Shown: positions 48,500-57,509 of the stretch, one piece after another
How positions within the stretch are numbered: the first letter of the stretch is position 1
Layout: each line of letters begins with the position of its first letter
Origin: Oscillospiraceae bacterium
Lineage (GTDB): Bacteria; Bacillota; Clostridia; Oscillospirales; Oscillospiraceae
Direction: 5' to 3'
Assembly (NCBI GenBank): GCA_015067935.1
Contig: SVLL01000002.1
Location: forward strand, 345-64,344
DNA length: 64,000 bases
Position numbers and translations under genes: made by a program
The notes under the pieces: generated by a model
Told to the model about the DNA's origin: nothing
The model's input: the letters and a program-made list of their open reading frames with translations, nothing else
Database searches by the model: none

Positions 48500-49333
48500 A
48501 TGTTTGGATTTGTCACCGCAAACTGGAAAGAACTGAATAAAGAGCAGACCGCCCGGTACGGAGCGGTCTACTGCGGCATTTGCCGTCAGATCCGAAAGCG
48601 TTCCTCTCAAGGTGCCCGGTTGGGGCTGAGCTATGATATGGCCTTTCTGGCTCTGCTGCTGATGAGCCTTTACGAGCCGGAGGAAACATCCGGCACCCGG
48701 TCCTGCGCGCTGCATCCCATCCGTCCCCGGGGGTGGGTGGATAGTCCCTTCATCCGCTATGCGGCGGATATGAATGTGGCACTGGCGTATTTCAAGGCAG
48801 CGGATGATTGGCAGGACGACAAGGCCGTCTCGGCCAAGCTCAGAATGAAGATCTTCGGCAGAAATTATGAGGCTCTGGAGGACCGCTATCCCCGGCAATG
48901 CGAGGCCATTGTGGACTGCATTACGGAAATTAACCGTCTGGAAAAGGAAAACTGCGCCAATCCCGATTTGCCTGCCAGTGCCTTCGGAAAGCTGATGGGG
49001 GAATTGCTGGTGTTTCAGGAGGATATGTGGGCACCCACGCTCCGTGAGATGGGTATGGCCTTGGGCCGCTTTATCTATTTGGCGGATGCCATGGCGGACT
49101 ACCGCCGGGACAAGCGGAAGAAAAAGTACAATCCCTATATCGCTATGGGCATCGGGGAAAATTACGGGCATTGGGATGAGCATCTGGTTCTGGCAATGGG
49201 CCGCTGCACCCACGAATTTGAAAAATTGCCTCTGGTGCAGGACAAGCCGCTGCTGGATAACATTCTCTACAGCGGCGTTTGGATGAATCTGCGGAGAAAG
49301 AAACAGGAAGGGAGGGATGGTATTGATCAGTGA
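48500..49333 (+). CDS. DUF5685 family protein
   Basis: [39 protein letters not shown]. Confidence 0.8.
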   Translation: MFGFVTANWKELNKEQTARYGAVYCGICRQIRKRSSQGARLGLSYDMAFLALLLMSLYEPEETSGTRSCALHPIRPRGWVDSPFIRYAADMNVALAYFKAADDWQDDKAVSAKLRMKIFGRNYEALEDRYPRQCEAIVDCITEINRLEKENCANPDLPASAFGKLMGELLVFQEDMWAPTLREMGMALGRFIYLADAMADYRRDKRKKKYNPYIAMGIGENYGHWDEHLVLAMGRCTHEFEKLPLVQDKPLLDNILYSGVWMNLRRKKQEGRDGIDQ

Positions 49334-49949
49334 TCCCTATAAGGTTCTGGGTGTCAGTCCGGACGCAAGTGACGAAGAGATCAAAAAAGCCTATCGCCGT
49401 TTGGCGAAGAAGTACCATCCCGACCTGAATCCGGGGGACAAGGCAGCCGCCCAAAAGATGCAGGAGATCAACGCGGCCTACGAGCAGATCAAAAATCCCG
49501 AGAAGGCACAGCAAAATCCGGGCTATGGCGGCTATGATCCCTTCGGTGGCTACTACGGCGGTCAGCGTACTTATGCTGAGCAGGATACGGGCGACCAGTA
49601 TCAGACGGCAGCCTTCCGCTATGTACGCACCGGACGGTACCAGGAGGCACTGAATGCTCTGAATAATTCCACCAACCGGGATGGGCGTTGGTATTACATC
49701 AGTGCCCTTGCCAACAACGGCTTGGGCAATCAGGTGACGGCACTGGAGCATATCCGCAAGGCGGTTTCTATGGAGCCGGACAATTACGAATACCTGCAGG
49801 CACTGAAGTATATCCAAAACGGCGGTCAGGAGTACCGTCGGCAGGCAAATACCTATGGCGGCTATGCGATGCGGGGAAGCCCCTGCCTGAGCCTGCTGCT
49901 GTGCTGTCTGTGCAGATGGTTCGGCTGCCCGGTGTGGTGTTGGTGTTGA
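49317..49949 (+). CDS. J-domain protein with TPR-like region and Cys-rich tail
   Basis: [21 protein letters not shown]; tail [21 protein letters not shown]. Confidence 0.88.
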   Translation: MVLISDPYKVLGVSPDASDEEIKKAYRRLAKKYHPDLNPGDKAAAQKMQEINAAYEQIKNPEKAQQNPGYGGYDPFGGYYGGQRTYAEQDTGDQYQTAAFRYVRTGRYQEALNALNNSTNRDGRWYYISALANNGLGNQVTALEHIRKAVSMEPDNYEYLQALKYIQNGGQEYRRQANTYGGYAMRGSPCLSLLLCCLCRWFGCPVWCWC

Positions 49950-49974
49950 CAAACAGCATCTGCGGTGCTATAAT
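49946..49974 (+). promoter_or_regulatory. consensus sigma-A promoter driving the riboswitch leader
   Basis: TTGACA-N17-TATAAT with extended TG; -35 overlaps the upstream stop codon. Confidence 0.85.
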
Positions 49975-49994
49975 TAACTGGACAATTTGATAGA

Positions 49995-50190
49995 AGTTCC
50001 GTGGCGGTCAGGGCGAAGAACCTTGGCTGCTGAACAAGATAATCGGGTGCAAACCCCGAACGGTACCGCCGCTGTATGTGGTAGGATGCTCTCTTTTGGC
50101 GAAAGCCAGTCACTGGATGTTTCCGGGAAGGCAGAGGGCATTGCGGATGTTCCCAGCGTCCAAAAGCCACGAGTCAGAAGACCTACGGAA
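49995..50190 (+). ncRNA. cobalamin riboswitch
   Basis: aatcgggtgcaaaccccgaacggtaccgccgctgta, cactgg...gggaagg, gagtcagaagacct (B12 box); P1 ttccgtgg/ctacggaa; downstream hairpin 50246-50273. Confidence 0.9.
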
Positions 50191-50300
50191 TGGATCTCCC
50201 CTTTTCCGCGCGATTACGGAAAAGTGCGTTTGTTGCAGAAAAACGGCTGCGGCACCGAAACCGGTGCCGCAGCCTTATCATTTTTCAGGAGGAAAAATTT

Positions 50301-50744
50301 ATGAAAAACCAAATGCAAAAAATCTTGTCCCTGATGCTGGTGCTGGCGATTCTGTCCTGCACACTGATGCTGTCCGGTTGCCAAAAGGCAGAACCCTTGG
50401 TCATCAAAGATTCGGATACCTACATCGTGATCAAAACCACCGCAGAGGCGATGGACGGTGCAACCGATATGCTTCTTGTGGAGTATATGGAAAAGCTGAA
50501 GGAAAAGGGCGAGCTGGAATTTTCTGTCAGCAACGGTATGATCACCTCCATCAACGGCATTGACAATCCTGCAGACTACAGCAGTTGCTGGATGCTGTAT
50601 ACCAGCGATGGGGACAATGCCAATGCCTCTTGGGGCACTGTGGAATATGAGGGCAAGGAATACGGCTCTGCCATTTCCGGCGCGGAAACCCTGAAAATCA
50701 AGGCGGACTGCCTGTATATTTGGGTTTTTAAGTCTTTTAGCTGA
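50301..50744 (+). CDS. lipoprotein, DUF4430/transcobalamin beta-domain-like (putative corrinoid binding)
   Basis: Lipobox LSGC; GMITSINGI, WMLY, G; downstream of the B12 riboswitch. Confidence 0.7.
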   Translation: MKNQMQKILSLMLVLAILSCTLMLSGCQKAEPLVIKDSDTYIVIKTTAEAMDGATDMLLVEYMEKLKEKGELEFSVSNGMITSINGIDNPADYSSCWMLYTSDGDNANASWGTVEYEGKEYGSAISGAETLKIKADCLYIWVFKSFS

Positions 50745-51262
50745 TGAATGAGACGAAATTTGTTGTCCGTGTGGCGATGTGTGTGGCATTGCTGATTGCC
50801 GGACAAGTGGCACTGAGCAGCGTGGCGGGCATTGAAATCGTTACAGTGATGCTGTTGTGCTTTTGCTGGTGCTATGGTGTGCGCCACGGCCTTGCCATCG
50901 CAACCACCTTCTCACTGCTGCGGTGCTTTGTGTTCGGCTTTCAGGTCAATGTGATCGTGCTGTATCTGGTCTACTACAATCTGTTTGCCCTCTTTTTTGG
51001 ATGGCTGGGTGCGCGTTTAACTGGGAAAAATGCGTTGATGAAAACGGTTATTGCAGTGGCGTCTGCGGTTATTTTTACGGTGATGTTTACGCTTTTGGAT
51101 GATGTGATCACGCCGCTCATATCCGGCTTTACCGCAAATGCCGCCAAGGTCTATTTTTATCAGTCGCTGGCAGCGGTGATTCCCCAAACCATTTGCGCGG
51201 CGGTAACGGTGTCGCTTCTCTTCCATCCGCTGACAAAGGTGATTCAAAAGGTTAATTTCTAA
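50744..51262 (+). CDS. ECF-type S component, putative cobalamin transporter
   Basis: About 6 TM, 172 aa, GIEIVT motif resembling CbrT-type PNxxxVT; riboswitch context. Confidence 0.7.
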   Translation: MNETKFVVRVAMCVALLIAGQVALSSVAGIEIVTVMLLCFCWCYGVRHGLAIATTFSLLRCFVFGFQVNVIVLYLVYYNLFALFFGWLGARLTGKNALMKTVIAVASAVIFTVMFTLLDDVITPLISGFTANAAKVYFYQSLAAVIPQTICAAVTVSLLFHPLTKVIQKVNF

Positions 51263-51264
51263 AC

Positions 51265-51297
51265 AAAAATCCCACTGCGTGAGCAGTGGGATTTTTT
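51265..51297. terminator. bidirectional terminator
   Basis: aaaaatcccactgc-gtga-gcagtgggattttt. Confidence 0.85.
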
Positions 51298-51536
51298 CAG
51301 ACCTCTTTGTACATTGCGCTGGCATCGTCCTTGCGGACGGTTTCGGCAACCTGCAGGACTTCCACGGCCACCGTGCGGGTGCCCATAGTGATCTCAATTT
51401 TGTCGCCGATCTTTACCTCGTAACTGGCCTTAACCACGCGGCCGTTGACGCTGATGCGTCCATTGTCGCAGGCTTCGTTGGCAACGGTTCGCCGTTTGAT
51501 CAAACGGGAAACCTTCAGATACTTATCAAGGCGCAT
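51297..51536 (-). CDS. rqcP: S4-domain ribosome quality-control factor (YabO/RqcP)
   Basis: MRLDKYLKVSRLIKRRTVANEAC..GR. Confidence 0.9.
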   Translation of the reverse strand: MRLDKYLKVSRLIKRRTVANEACDNGRISVNGRVVKASYEVKIGDKIEITMGTRTVAVEVLQVAETVRKDDASAMYKEV

Positions 51537-51537
51537 C

Positions 51538-51816
51538 TTACTTCTTGGCGACAGCGTCCTTCAGGGTCTTGCTGGCCTTGAAAGCGGGAACGGTGGAAGC
51601 AGCAATCTGGATGGTCTCCTTGGTCAGGGGGTTGCGGCCGGTGCGGGCAGCGCGAGCCTTTGCTTCGAAGATACCCAGGCCGGACAGCTGAACCTTGTCA
51701 CCTGCTGCCAGAGCGGCAGTGATGGTGTCAACGGTAGCGTTCAGAGCCTTCTCGGCGTCCTTCTTGCTGAGGCCAGCCTTCTCGGCGATGGCGGCGATGA
51801 GTTCGGTCTTATTCAT
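51538..51816 (-). CDS. hup: DNA-binding protein HU
   Basis: [20 protein letters not shown]. Confidence 0.96.
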   Translation of the reverse strand: MNKTELIAAIAEKAGLSKKDAEKALNATVDTITAALAAGDKVQLSGLGIFEAKARAARTGRNPLTKETIQIAASTVPAFKASKTLKDAVAKK

Positions 51817-51894
51817 AAATGGTAACCTCTTTTCTTTTATTTTGAAAGCACTATTAAAATATCACAATTTCTTGCGAAATGCAAGTGCTTTTTT

Positions 51895-53493
51895 TCACAA
51901 ATGCAACAAATTCGCAATTTTTTCGCCTTTTGGCAGCAGCAGACAATCGGAGCGGGTAATGGCCCGGAATTTTACCGCAGCGACCACATACACAACCACG
52001 CCAACCATCACGGGAATAACGCAGCTGAGGAGCCGGCTGAAATCGTCACCGAAGGCCAATTGCAAGCCCTTCCATGTGCCGAATGCAAAGGCACCCATCA
52101 ATGCGGAGGCGAGGAAAGCGCGGAGCATATTCTTTACGATGGCGGGGGGCTCTTTCAGCACCTTGCGCATAGTAAACAGATTCAGCACCGTAATGCACAG
52201 ATAGCACAGCAGGCTGCCGATGGGTGTACCCACAATGCCGATATGGGGGTTTCCGGTGAGCAGGAATACCGCACCCAGCTTCACAAAGCCACCGATGAAC
52301 ATATTCACCACTGGGAGCTTCTCGTGGCCGTGGGCCTGCATTATGGCATTGGTCAGCAGCACTGTGGAATTGAAGATGATGCAAATGCCCAGCACAGACA
52401 TCAGCTGTGTGGCAAGCTCCAGCTTTTCTCCGCTGTAGCCGCCAAGCAGCCGGGTTACGGGTTGTGCCAGCAGAGCCAGACCAAAGGCACAGGGCATAGA
52501 AATCAGCGCGCTGATCCGGGCAGACGATTCCTCCGTCCGCTTGGCACCGGTGGTGTCTCCCAAAGTCAGTTGGGAGGTAATCGCCGGGATGATGGAAATG
52601 GTGATGGGCGTAATAAAGGCGCAGGGCATATTGAAAATGGTCAGAGCCATACTGTAGATGCCCTTGTGGGTATCCGCAACCTCTTGGGTCAGGGTCTGCA
52701 GCAGCTGGGACATATAGATCTTGGTTTCCAGTACCGTCAGCAGCTGCAAACCGGCAGAACCTATGGTAATAGGCACGGCAATGGAAAGCAGACCCTTGGC
52801 GATTTCCTTGCCGGAGCTAACCTGCTCGCTGGACTGGGGCATCTGCTTGTAGGCTTTGCGGAAAACGGCGTTCAGATACAGAGAGGATACCAGACAGCTC
52901 ACCGTCACGCCCATAATGGCAGCACCGGCAGCCAGCGGTACACTCTTTACATAAAACACCACCAGCAGCGCACCGGCAATTCCCACCACCAGCTTGGTGA
53001 TGGCCTCCAGCACCTGCGATACCGAGGTGGGGATCATATTTCCTTGTCCTTGGAAGAAGCCACGGTAGGTACTCATCAGGCACACAAGGAAACAGCAGGG
53101 ACCCAGGGCACCGATAGCAGCCCAAGCATCCGGCTGTTCCTGGAAATCAGCCAGCTGCCGGCAAAACAGGGTCATCAGCAGCGCACCGATCAAGCCTAAG
53201 GTCAAGAAGATCGTCCGGGCGACGGTGTAGATTTTCCGCACCTGTCGATAATGCTCCAGAGAACTGGCTTGGGCGATCATCCGGCTCATAGCCACCGGAA
53301 GACCGGCAGTGGAGATCATCAGCAGTAATGTGTAAATTTCATAGGCGGTGCTGTAGTAGCCAAAGCCCTGCTCGCCGATGATGGCGTTCAGCGGAATCTT
53401 ATACAGCGCACCTATGACCTTGACAATGGCGGTTGCCAGTGCCAAGAGGGCAGTTCCGTGGAGGAAGGATTGTTTTTTGGGAGTTTCAGACAT
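51895..53493 (-). CDS. SpoVB/YabM (MurJ-like MOP) flippase
   Basis: KVIGALYKIPL, STAGLPVAMS, RGFFQG, SQVLE. Confidence 0.88.
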   Translation of the reverse strand: MSETPKKQSFLHGTALLALATAIVKVIGALYKIPLNAIIGEQGFGYYSTAYEIYTLLLMISTAGLPVAMSRMIAQASSLEHYRQVRKIYTVARTIFLTLGLIGALLMTLFCRQLADFQEQPDAWAAIGALGPCCFLVCLMSTYRGFFQGQGNMIPTSVSQVLEAITKLVVGIAGALLVVFYVKSVPLAAGAAIMGVTVSCLVSSLYLNAVFRKAYKQMPQSSEQVSSGKEIAKGLLSIAVPITIGSAGLQLLTVLETKIYMSQLLQTLTQEVADTHKGIYSMALTIFNMPCAFITPITISIIPAITSQLTLGDTTGAKRTEESSARISALISMPCAFGLALLAQPVTRLLGGYSGEKLELATQLMSVLGICIIFNSTVLLTNAIMQAHGHEKLPVVNMFIGGFVKLGAVFLLTGNPHIGIVGTPIGSLLCYLCITVLNLFTMRKVLKEPPAIVKNMLRAFLASALMGAFAFGTWKGLQLAFGDDFSRLLSCVIPVMVGVVVYVVAAVKFRAITRSDCLLLPKGEKIANLLHL

Positions 53494-53502
53494 GGCTTTT
53501 CC

Positions 53503-54825
53503 TCAGCTTTCTGCCTCGCCTGCAAACAGACGGGGAATGGCGTAGCCGGTCAGCTCTTCCACCACGGCCTTCAGGTCGATGGTGGGGAATTGGCCGTTCT
53601 GATACAGAATTCTGCCCCGGACCATAGTCATGGCCACATCGCCGCCCTTGGCACTGAACACCAGCGCATTGGGCACATTGTGGCAGGGCATCAAATGGGG
53701 AGCGGAGAAGTCCACAAGGCACAGATCCGCATCAAAGCCCACTTTGATCATACCGCATTCTGCTTCCCGTCCCTGAGCACGGGCACCGCAGGAGGTTGCC
53801 ATCATCAATGCGGCAGAGGCAGGCAGCGCGGCAGCATTTTCGTTGGCAGCGCGGACGGACATAGACAGACCGCGCATCACTTCGAACATATCCAGATTGC
53901 CGGCTTCTAAGGCACCGCCGGTGCCCAGTGCCACATTCATCCCGGAGCGGACGCCGGAAAGCACCGGGGTCTGGGGCTGACCCTTTTTGGCGGCGGTCAG
54001 GGGACAGGCCACAGCGGTGGCTTTCCTTTTGCCTAAGAGAGCCTGCTCACTTTCGGAAAGACAGGCGCAGCCTGCCGCGGTTACCGGCAAATTGAAAACG
54101 CCGTGGCAGCCCAGCAGCTCTGCAGGCCCCAGACCGGTGCGGTCAAGGCAGGATTCGGTTTCGCCCTTGGTCTCCGCCAAATGGAGCTGGAAGCCCAGTT
54201 TTTTCTCAACGGCAAAGCCCACAAGGCCCTCCCAAAGCTTGTAATTGCTGGTGTATTCAGCGTGGATGCCCGCGTCGATTTTGATCCGGCCGTTGTCGTG
54301 ATTGTGCCATTTTTCGGTGACGCGCACCAGCTCCTGACATTGCTCATCGGTGTCGAAATCAAAATCCTCGTTCTGATCGATGAATCGGTAGGCAGACAGT
54401 GCAACATTACCCTTGATGCCACTTTCGCTGATCGCTTCAGCGGTGGCGTTGGGGTAGTAGTACAGATCGGAAACGGAGGTCACGCCAAAGCGCAGGCATT
54501 CGGCAATGCCCATTAACGCTGCTGCCTTGGCACCGCGCTTATCCATCTTTGCCTCTTTTTTGAGCTGCTCCTGCAACGCCTCGGTGCTGCTCAGATCGTC
54601 CAGATAGCTACGCAGAGCCGTCGTTGCCAGCTGGGTGTGGCAGTTGATAAGACCCGGCATCAGCACCATACCGGTGCCGTCAATAATGGTTTTGGGCTGG
54701 TCGGAGGGGGCGGTTTTTTCTAAGTAGGATATCTTTCCGTCTTCCACACCCACATAGGCTCCGAAAAGGATATCCATTTTTTCGTTCATTGTGACAACGG
54801 TCACATTGGAAATCAAAGTATCCAA
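53503..54825 (-). CDS. MtaD-like amidohydrolase with degenerate metal ligands
   Basis: MPGLINCHTQ, GVT...D.Y, HAEYT, LHLAET, LGTGG, G..ADL. Confidence 0.8.
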   Translation of the reverse strand: MDTLISNVTVVTMNEKMDILFGAYVGVEDGKISYLEKTAPSDQPKTIIDGTGMVLMPGLINCHTQLATTALRSYLDDLSSTEALQEQLKKEAKMDKRGAKAAALMGIAECLRFGVTSVSDLYYYPNATAEAISESGIKGNVALSAYRFIDQNEDFDFDTDEQCQELVRVTEKWHNHDNGRIKIDAGIHAEYTSNYKLWEGLVGFAVEKKLGFQLHLAETKGETESCLDRTGLGPAELLGCHGVFNLPVTAAGCACLSESEQALLGKRKATAVACPLTAAKKGQPQTPVLSGVRSGMNVALGTGGALEAGNLDMFEVMRGLSMSVRAANENAAALPASAALMMATSCGARAQGREAECGMIKVGFDADLCLVDFSAPHLMPCHNVPNALVFSAKGGDVAMTMVRGRILYQNGQFPTIDLKAVVEELTGYAIPRLFAGEAES

Positions 54826-54826
54826 A

Positions 54827-56257
54827 TCAAATGCATCCTTTCATCAGTTCAAAAAGCTGCTTTTTATCCTCCAAAACCTGAGACAGCAGTTGGATATACT
54901 GCTCCGGGAATTTGGGGTTATGGAACCGCTGCAGGGTTCCGTCCGGCAGGTTAACTTTATTCATACCACCGCCACCCAAAGAGAGGATGGTGTGGATTTC
55001 TTCCATCATATAAATATTGTACAGACAGTCCAGTTTATCCCGTGCCCAGCCCACATTTTCAAAGGAACCGGACATATATTTCTGCCGGTACAGATAGTAG
55101 GGCTTGTAGCCGAGCGCGCGCAGAGTGCGGTTGGCATAGTCCACCATTCGGGCGACCTGATCCGCGTGGGAGAGGTTTTCCCGGTTGTCGAAAAGGTCTG
55201 CACCCTTTTTCAGCGCAAGGGTGTGGACGGTGATGTTGGCAGGCTTCATGGCGGCTACGGTGTCCAAAGAGTGGCGGAAACCGTCAAAATCATCTGTGGG
55301 CAGACCTGCGATCAGGTCCATATTGATGGCTTCAAAGCCGGCATTTTCCGCCCAGCGGTAGGCATTCAGCACATCTTGGGCGGTGTGGGGACGCTTGCAG
55401 GCGGTTAACACGCTGTCCACCATCGTTTGCGGGTTGATGCTCATCCGGTCTGCGCCGTGGGCGCGGATGGCGGCAAGCTTTTCCGCATCCAGCGTGTCAG
55501 GACGACCGCCTTCCACAGTAAACTCAATGCACCGGGAAAGGTCGAAAGAAGCCTGAATGGCATCCAGCAGGCGAATCAGCTGGGGCGTGGTCAGGGTGGT
55601 GGGGGTGCCGCCGCCTATGTAAACCGTGCGCACCTTGCGTCCGGATTCTTCCAAAAGTCGCCCGGTGACGGCAATTTCCTCCAGAAGTGCCGCCAGATAC
55701 GGCTCCATCAGGTCGGTCTGCTTGCCGATGGTGCGGCTGACAAAGCTGCAATAGCTGCAGCGGGTGGGGCAAAAGGGAATGCCCACATAGAGGGAGATGT
55801 CCGTTTCCTCCAATTTGCCGATAGCGTCTACGGTGGAAACAGAGCAATCCACGGCCAATTTCCTTCGCTCCGGTGTTACATAATACACATCCCGAAGGAG
55901 ATTTTCTGCCGATTTTGGGCTGCCGCCCTCCAAAATGTGCTTTGTGGAGATTTTTGTGGGGCGAACACCTGCCAAAGCACCCCATGCGCTGGGTTGTCCC
56001 AACAGCTCGGTGGCGGCCAGATAATAGCTCTGCTGCAGAATCCGACGGCGCAGCCGCACCGATTCGGCATCGGCTTTCAGCCGCTTGGCAGCAGTGGCGG
56101 TTTTGCCGTTCAAAGTGATTTTTGCGGTGGCGGTGAGCCAAGTTCTGCCCCGGTGGAGGGAAGAAACCGCTTCGCCATCACTTTCGGTGCTGAACAGTGC
56201 CATTTGCAGTTGTTCTACCGCATATCGGTCCTCGTGACCGATGAGTGTCAGTTTCAT
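54827..56257 (-). CDS. hemZ: HemZ-type radical SAM protein
   Basis: WG.LAGVRP.K, GIPFCPTRCSYCSF, GGGTPT, GRPD, PYYLYRQK. Confidence 0.92.
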   Translation of the reverse strand: MKLTLIGHEDRYAVEQLQMALFSTESDGEAVSSLHRGRTWLTATAKITLNGKTATAAKRLKADAESVRLRRRILQQSYYLAATELLGQPSAWGALAGVRPTKISTKHILEGGSPKSAENLLRDVYYVTPERRKLAVDCSVSTVDAIGKLEETDISLYVGIPFCPTRCSYCSFVSRTIGKQTDLMEPYLAALLEEIAVTGRLLEESGRKVRTVYIGGGTPTTLTTPQLIRLLDAIQASFDLSRCIEFTVEGGRPDTLDAEKLAAIRAHGADRMSINPQTMVDSVLTACKRPHTAQDVLNAYRWAENAGFEAINMDLIAGLPTDDFDGFRHSLDTVAAMKPANITVHTLALKKGADLFDNRENLSHADQVARMVDYANRTLRALGYKPYYLYRQKYMSGSFENVGWARDKLDCLYNIYMMEEIHTILSLGGGGMNKVNLPDGTLQRFHNPKFPEQYIQLLSQVLEDKKQLFELMKGCI

Positions 56258-56260
56258 AGT

Positions 56261-56845
56261 TTACCTCAAATAGGGATTGGTTTGTCTTTCGCAAGAGAGG
56301 GTGGTTTCTTCCCCGTGACCGGGGAACACCCGGTAATCACCGGGCAGGTTTTTTAGATAATTCAGCGAGTTCTGAATGGTATCCCAATTGCCTCCGGGCA
56401 GGTCGGTCCGACCGCAGGAGCCGGCAAAAAGGGTGTCACCGCTGAACATCACATCTTCTATGCACAGGCACACCGAGCCGGGGGTGTGACCGGGGGTGTG
56501 GTGAACGGAAATGTCCATTCCCGCAAGGGACAAACTATCGGGATAGGAAACCGTTTCGCCCAAAGGACCTGCCGTCAGGGCAGTGGGCATCGTATGTTCC
56601 TCGTCGCGGATATATACGGGGCAATCCAGCTCCATTGCCAAGGCACGCATAGCACCCACATGGTCAAAATGCCCGTGGGTCAGCAAAACAGCCTCAGCTT
56701 CCAGTCCCGTTTCCTGCAAAAAAGCCAGAATCTTTTTGGGTGCGTCACCCGGGTCAATGACAAGGCACTTCCGGGAATCCTGCTTGTGAACGATGTAGCA
56801 ATTAACTTGGAACAAGCCCAAAACCAAAGTGTGAATCTGCAGCAT
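56261..56845 (-). CDS. MBL-fold metallohydrolase (glyoxalase II-like)
   Basis: THGHFDH, TPGHTPGS, SGDTLF, GRTD, PGHG. Confidence 0.92.
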   Translation of the reverse strand: MLQIHTLVLGLFQVNCYIVHKQDSRKCLVIDPGDAPKKILAFLQETGLEAEAVLLTHGHFDHVGAMRALAMELDCPVYIRDEEHTMPTALTAGPLGETVSYPDSLSLAGMDISVHHTPGHTPGSVCLCIEDVMFSGDTLFAGSCGRTDLPGGNWDTIQNSLNYLKNLPGDYRVFPGHGEETTLSCERQTNPYLR

Positions 56846-56848
56846 ATT

Positions 56849-57316
56849 TTAACCTCTTCGGGGTGTGTCCATCAGCTCTTTTGTGTCCAGAATCAGGGTC
56901 ACCGGGCCATCGTTGACAGACTCTACCTGCATATCGGCACCGAAGCGGCCATGCTGGGGCGGATAACCCAGCTCCTCGCAGACAGAGAGAAATTTTTCAT
57001 ACAGTTCGTTGCCCAATTCCGGACCTGCCGCGTCGGCAAAGCTTGGGCGTCTGCCCTTGCGGCAAGACCCGTAGAGGGTGAACTGGCTGACTACCAGCAC
57101 CTGCCCGTTTACCGCCTCCAAGCCAAGATTCATTTTGCAGTTTTCGTCCTCGAAAATCCGCAGACCAAGGGCTTTTTCGGCAAGATACCGACATTCTTTT
57201 TCCGTATCGTCGGGACCCACACCCAAAAGGATGAGAAAGCCCTTTCCGATTTTACCGACCACCTCGCCGTCAATGGTGACGGAGGCGGAGTTGACTCTTG
57301 TTAATACAGCGCGCAT
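56849..57316 (-). CDS. dtd: D-aminoacyl-tRNA deacylase
   Basis: MRAVL.RV, LRIF.D, SQFTL, GRRPSF, NDGPVT. Confidence 0.95.
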   Translation of the reverse strand: MRAVLTRVNSASVTIDGEVVGKIGKGFLILLGVGPDDTEKECRYLAEKALGLRIFEDENCKMNLGLEAVNGQVLVVSQFTLYGSCRKGRRPSFADAAGPELGNELYEKFLSVCEELGYPPQHGRFGADMQVESVNDGPVTLILDTKELMDTPRRG

Positions 57317-57366
57317 AGGAAACCTCCTGAAATATACTGTAATTGTAAGGAAATGCAGATTTGCCA

Positions 57367-57480
57367 CTTGGCCCCCTCTGAGGAGGGGCTGTCAGCCGAG
57401 CGGGCTGACTGGGGGAGAGATTCTCTCCCTCCGACAAAAATCGAAGATTTTTGCCACCTCCCTCCTCAGAGGGAGGCAAG
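57367..57480 (-). repeat. multi-hairpin REP-like element between rel and dtd
   Basis: Outer IR cttggccccctctgaggagggg / ccctcctcagagggaggcaag; reverse complement aligns with 36749-36870. Confidence 0.8.
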
Positions 57481-57509
57481 GCGGCTGCGCCGCTATTATC
57501 ATACAAGGA

